This document shows positions 35,817 to 39,501 of a stretch of DNA of 39,501 bases, piece by piece (position 1 is the first letter of the stretch; each line of letters begins with the position of its first letter). The DNA is taken from assembly GCA_031278765.1 (NCBI GenBank), contig JAITJX010000097.1, forward strand, positions 1 through 39,501, given 5' to 3'. Below the pieces are notes generated by a model. That model saw only the letters and a program-made list of their open reading frames with translations. It did no database searches and was not told the DNA's origin. The stretch is from Tannerella sp. (GTDB taxonomy: Bacteria > Bacteroidota > Bacteroidia > Bacteroidales > Tannerellaceae). A program made the position numbers and the translations under genes.

Positions 35817-37592
35817 TCATCCGTTTCCTGCTATTATCTTGAATACTTTCCGTTCGCCATGTTTCTGCGCCACGAGGATGTAAAATCCCGGCGCAAAACG
35901 CCAGGGGAGGGTTTCATCCTGCGCGGCTATCCTGAAGGATGCGCAGGTATGACCGTTCGGGGTAACGACGACGCAGTGATGGGCTTCCAGTCCGAGCAGT
36001 CGCAGCGTATTTCCTGTAAAGAAGGCGCGGGCTTCCGGCTGGGATGTATGTTCGACCGGCGATTTGTTTGACACAGTGATATGGCATGAAGCGCTGTGTC
36101 CTCCATCGACTGTTATGGCGTTAATGACGGTAGTTCCGGCGGCAAAGGCTATCACTCTTCCGTTGACAGTAACTTCGGCGACACCGGCATTGGAAGATGT
36201 CCAGGTGATGTTTTTGTTTGCAGCATCCTGCGGGGTTACGGTGGCGGTAAGGTTCAGGCTTTCGCCCGTCTGCAGGTGGGCTTGCTCAGGAGTTAGCGTT
36301 ATGCCGGTAACGGCGACCGGTTGAGGCGGCGGGGGTATTCGTACCGTGATTTGAGAGGAGGCAATGTAGTATCCATCGTTCGTGATGGCTTGTATGATGG
36401 CAACGCCTGTTTCGAGAGCAGTAACAAGTCCTGCGTTATTGACCGTGGCAACGGTAGAGGGGTTGCTTTTCCATGTGACAGTCTTTTGTGTGGCATTGTG
36501 TGGGATAACGGTGGCGGTCAGTGTGGTCGTTTCTCCCGGCTGTATTTCTGCCGAAGCAGGTTCCAGGAGTATGCCGGAAACGAATACGGGGACAGTGGCG
36601 TCGCGTCCGGTGAGGTGCAGGTCTTCTGCGCCGGATATTTCGGTGGAAGTTTCACCTAACCTTCCGCAGTATTGATTGACGCCTGTGTAGACCTTGACGA
36701 AGTCGATGTCGGGGAGGGAAACGTGTTTTCCTCCGGCGTCGACAGCCCATTCGATGTTGAATCCGGAGCGGTTGTCGTTGTTGAGGTGATTGTCGGCATA
36801 TCCCCAATGGCAGGCGTATAACACGTAGTAGAGTCCCAATCCGCTTTCGTCGACATAATTATCGGGCAGTTTGGCGCCCTCGAAAGAGATCGTTTCGTCA
36901 TTGACCCAGAGAGGATAGTAGGACTGGGGGTGATAGCTGTTTCGGTAGAGATAGCCGTTGCCATGCCCGTTGGTGGTCCACCGGATATAGGTACGGTCGT
37001 TGATAAAGGGATGCTCCGGGTCGGGATCGCGCGGTTTGTTTTCGTCGGGTTTGTAATAGGTGATACGGTAGTTGTAAATGGTCTGCGGGTGGTGGTATTC
37101 GCTGCCGGCGAGTTCATACCATGTGTCGTCGGGGAGTCCGTTGTCGTTATCGTCGCGCGCCACCATGACGATTCCCGGCTCGCAGCTTCCTCCTTCGCGC
37201 GAAGCTTCGTCATTGGGGTTGTCGTTGGCATAGAAAGCGTTTCCAAGTATGCGGAAGTCGTATTTTCCGGGTATGTTTTTAACGGGGTGGTCGAATCCGA
37301 AGACGATATAACCTCCAAAACCTCCGAGCGTGATCATGCCTTCGTTGTGGTGCGTTCCGGCGATATATTCTTCTGCCTTGCGGTTCATGTCTTGCTGTGT
37401 ATCTCCCGGATCGTAGAAAGGTATTTCGTTGACAAACTGTCCCGGCGCCGGCATGTATTCATATACTTTATTGATGTATGGCGATTGCGGGTGCGCCATG
37501 CAGGCGAGCGAGAGCAATAACAGTGCGAAAAAATGTTTCATCGCGGATGCTTCTTTCTTAAAACTCTTCTCCTTTAATCTATTTTTCTTCAT
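35817..37592 (-). CDS. BtuH-like 'cell surface protein' domain plus two Big_2 domains and a T9SS C-terminal domain (putative cobamide-binding protein)
   Basis: VYEYMPAPGQFVN, ITLGGFGGYIVFGFDH, GNAF, EPGIVMV, NGLPDDTWYELAGSE, WGYADN and IDFVKVYTG motifs, as recalled from Bacteroides btu-locus surface proteins; C-terminus GFYILVAQKHGERKVFKII. The true start may be 37541 (MKHFF...). Confidence 0.72.
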   Translation of the reverse strand: MKKNRLKEKSFKKEASAMKHFFALLLLSLACMAHPQSPYINKVYEYMPAPGQFVNEIPFYDPGDTQQDMNRKAEEYIAGTHHNEGMITLGGFGGYIVFGFDHPVKNIPGKYDFRILGNAFYANDNPNDEASREGGSCEPGIVMVARDDNDNGLPDDTWYELAGSEYHHPQTIYNYRITYYKPDENKPRDPDPEHPFINDRTYIRWTTNGHGNGYLYRNSYHPQSYYPLWVNDETISFEGAKLPDNYVDESGLGLYYVLYACHWGYADNHLNNDNRSGFNIEWAVDAGGKHVSLPDIDFVKVYTGVNQYCGRLGETSTEISGAEDLHLTGRDATVPVFVSGILLEPASAEIQPGETTTLTATVIPHNATQKTVTWKSNPSTVATVNNAGLVTALETGVAIIQAITNDGYYIASSQITVRIPPPPQPVAVTGITLTPEQAHLQTGESLNLTATVTPQDAANKNITWTSSNAGVAEVTVNGRVIAFAAGTTVINAITVDGGHSASCHITVSNKSPVEHTSQPEARAFFTGNTLRLLGLEAHHCVVVTPNGHTCASFRIAAQDETLPWRFAPGFYILVAQKHGERKVFKIIAGNG

Positions 37593-37611
37593 AACTATAA
37601 ATTGATTTACA

Positions 37612-38757
37612 CTATTCCTCTATCAGTAATACAAAGTGCGCCGGAGCATCGCCCGTGCGGACGTTCCACTTCTGGCGTCCGTCGCTTCCGAAACAGTAAA
37701 GCGTACCTGGGGAAACGTAGTTTTTGGCGTCGGTAAGATAAATATCCTTTGTCAAAGGATTCACCATGATCCCGTAGGGCACTCTGATGGCCTGTTCCGT
37801 TCCGTCGGTAATGAAGTTGCGGGTAAGAATCTCTTTTTTTGCAACATCGACAATGCCGTATGTAACGGTGTTTCCTGTGGTGATGTAACTCCATTCGACG
37901 CCGTAGAAGTAAAGTGAATCACCCTCCAGGTGAAAATTGGAAACGGCAACGTCGAGCGAATCGACCAGCTGGTCTGTGTTCATGTCAATCCAGTAAAGGC
38001 GCGAGGCCTGCGTATAGTAATCTCCCCGCGATGTTATCCATAAATTGTTGTAGCGGTCGGCGCGAAGGCGGTGCAGGTTTCGGGCGACATTAATGCGTCT
38101 GATTTCGATAAATGAAGAAATATCAATGACCGAAACCGTGTTTTCGTAGTTCGGAAACATGTATCCTCCCGAATTGGCAACGTAGATCTTATTGTCGACA
38201 ATTTCCAGTTCATCGGGCTGAAAGCCGACCAGACAGCGGTCGATAACTTCCAGCGTCGCCGTATCCACTTTGGCTACGTATCCGGTTTGCCTGTACTCGG
38301 GGTCCAGTTCTACGGGTCCGGAATAGGAAGTAACGTAGGCATAAGCATCGTGGAAACGGATATAGCGGCAGTTGGGAATGTCGATTTGTCCCAGTCGGCA
38401 GGCGGTAGACTTGTCCATTACTTCCACTTTGTTCGAGCAATTGATAACGGCATAAAGTTTTGAGCCGTAAATTTTGATATCGTTGCCCACATCGCCGAGT
38501 TCTTTGGGAATGGCAGGGTTGGCGGCGCCGTAGATGTTGCGGTGATATTCGTCCGTGGCATAATCGTAGTAATCCAGCGTGGATTTATTACTGCCCATAT
38601 TGCCTTCGTTTAAGAGATAAAAACCTTTTATTTGGGTAATATCGTCCTCCGGTGGCGTTGTGACGATTTCTGGCATGAAGATTTCCGCTTCGTCGCGACA
38701 AGATACGAAACAGAAGCAAATACTTGCAATCAATAGCGAGAGTTGTTTTTTTTTCAT
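37612..38757 (-). CDS. btuG: BtuG-like cobalamin-binding beta-propeller surface lipoprotein (YncE/DUF5074 family)
   Basis: Lipobox FVSC with acidic export signal; GFYLLNEGNMGSNKSTLDYY, LGDVGND, YVANSGG, PYGI.VNP and DAKNYVSPG; first gene after a cobalamin riboswitch. Confidence 0.8.
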   Translation of the reverse strand: MKKKQLSLLIASICFCFVSCRDEAEIFMPEIVTTPPEDDITQIKGFYLLNEGNMGSNKSTLDYYDYATDEYHRNIYGAANPAIPKELGDVGNDIKIYGSKLYAVINCSNKVEVMDKSTACRLGQIDIPNCRYIRFHDAYAYVTSYSGPVELDPEYRQTGYVAKVDTATLEVIDRCLVGFQPDELEIVDNKIYVANSGGYMFPNYENTVSVIDISSFIEIRRINVARNLHRLRADRYNNLWITSRGDYYTQASRLYWIDMNTDQLVDSLDVAVSNFHLEGDSLYFYGVEWSYITTGNTVTYGIVDVAKKEILTRNFITDGTEQAIRVPYGIMVNPLTKDIYLTDAKNYVSPGTLYCFGSDGRQKWNVRTGDAPAHFVLLIEE

Positions 38758-38935
38758 TGCGTTTTATTTTTTAATATCCAACTTAATTATTCAATGTAAT
38801 AGATTCACGATAGTGGTTAGCAACAACCAAAACATGAAAATCCGTTTAAATTTTACAATTATAACAACGTTCAAAAATAATGTTTGGGATAAACGTAAAC
38901 AGAAATTCAAAAAAAAATCCTGTCTTGTTTGTCTC

Positions 38936-39170
38936 AAGCTTTATTCCTCGAAAGCTTCAAACTTAAATATGATCTTGGCAGGTCTTCTGACTTGCTCTCG
39001 AACGAAACGCCTTCCCAATTTCTCAGTGACTTTAAGTATTGTTTCGCCGGTTTTTTAAAAAACAATCCGTAATTTAAAAAAGAGCTTACAGTAGCGGGTC
39101 TGTCCAGGATTTGCACCTGATTCCCTTTTCAATGCGTCTCCCGAATGGGAACAGCATCACCAAAATCGCA
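38936..39170 (-). ncRNA. Cobalamin riboswitch, class I (AdoCbl-type), including the P13 kissing hairpin
   Basis: Minus strand TTGGT...AAAAGGGAATCAGGTGCAAATCCTGGACAGACCCGCTACTGTAAG...GTCACTG...TGGGAAGGC...B12 box AAGTCAGAAGACCTGCC (ends 38977); downstream hairpin AAGCTTT-CGAGGAAT-AAAGCTT (38957-38936). Confidence 0.95.
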
Positions 39171-39171
39171 A

Positions 39172-39179
39172 CAAAAGTA
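39172..39179 (-). promoter_or_regulatory. -7 promoter element driving the riboswitch-led transcript
   Basis: Minus-strand TACTTTTG immediately 5' of the riboswitch P1. Confidence 0.65.
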
Positions 39180-39378
39180 ATGATTTTTTAAAAAAAAATC
39201 ATACTTTATCACCCGACAGGCTGTATCTTTTTTATGAAATATTTGGAAATCATAAATTTTTCATGTATGTTTATCCCATGAAATGACTGCGATTATACAC
39301 ATTAAATAAGCAAAATAAACAAAATAATACCTCGGAAGAGTTAAAACCCACAATGTGGGTCGTCGTTCTCTTTACTAT

Positions 39379-39501
39379 CTATGAGATAAGTCCCCAGTTG
39401 ATTTTACGACGGAAAAGCATTGCAAGCCGCGACTGAAGGAGTTTATTCTCGGGTTTTTCCAGATCCGGATCTTCGTCAAGAACGCCTTGAGCAATGTTGC
39501 G
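39379..39501 (-). CDS. recG: 3' end of ATP-dependent DNA helicase RecG (truncated by the window edge; not in the ORF track)
   Basis: Manual translation RNIAQGVLDEDPDLEKPENKLLQSRLAMLFRRKINWGLIS* resembles the Bacteroidales RecG C-terminus (..DP.L..PEN..L....NW..IS). Confidence 0.7.
   Translation of the reverse strand, partial: RNIAQGVLDEDPDLEKPENKLLQSRLAMLFRRKINWGLIS

Noticed and set aside
38746-38754. A9 tract right after the btuG-like start codon as a phase-variation switch
   Set aside because: Lys-rich signal-peptide starts (MKKK) commonly give such runs in AT-rich Bacteroidales genes, and the frame is intact.

Overview
Chromosomal window from a Bacteroidales bacterium (inferred from the Bacteroidetes-type TAnnTTTG promoters, type IX secretion C-terminal domains and a stand-alone pheS). 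Most of it is housekeeping and cell-envelope DNA: dnaB, tRNA-Gly/tRNA-Leu, murB, nth, pheS, mtaB, an lpxL-like acyltransferase, the 3' end of recG, GT2/GT-C glycosyltransferases, an MBOAT plus two SGNH O-acetylation genes, GH43 and GH2 glycosidases, and an SDR-PHP-symporter operon. The most notable region is 29.9-39.2 kb on the minus strand. There a class I cobalamin riboswitch heads a four-gene operon: a BtuG-like lipoprotein; a BtuH-like protein with Ig (Big_2) repeats and a T9SS tail; an uncharacterised Trp/Tyr-rich secreted protein; and a 1484-aa multidomain protein with a second BtuG/DUF5074-like propeller and a T9SS tail. The operon has no TonB-dependent receptor or ABC transporter, so it is a candidate T9SS-exported cobamide-capture system. 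The window also has two intergenic tandem arrays built from 12-14 bp palindromes (21-bp and 23-bp period), a long inverted heptamer-repeat hairpin, and a type V pilin-like gene preceded by operator-like repeats and an A16 tract. No CRISPR array, rRNA, integrase or transposase was seen. All family assignments come from motif recognition by eye; no database search was run.
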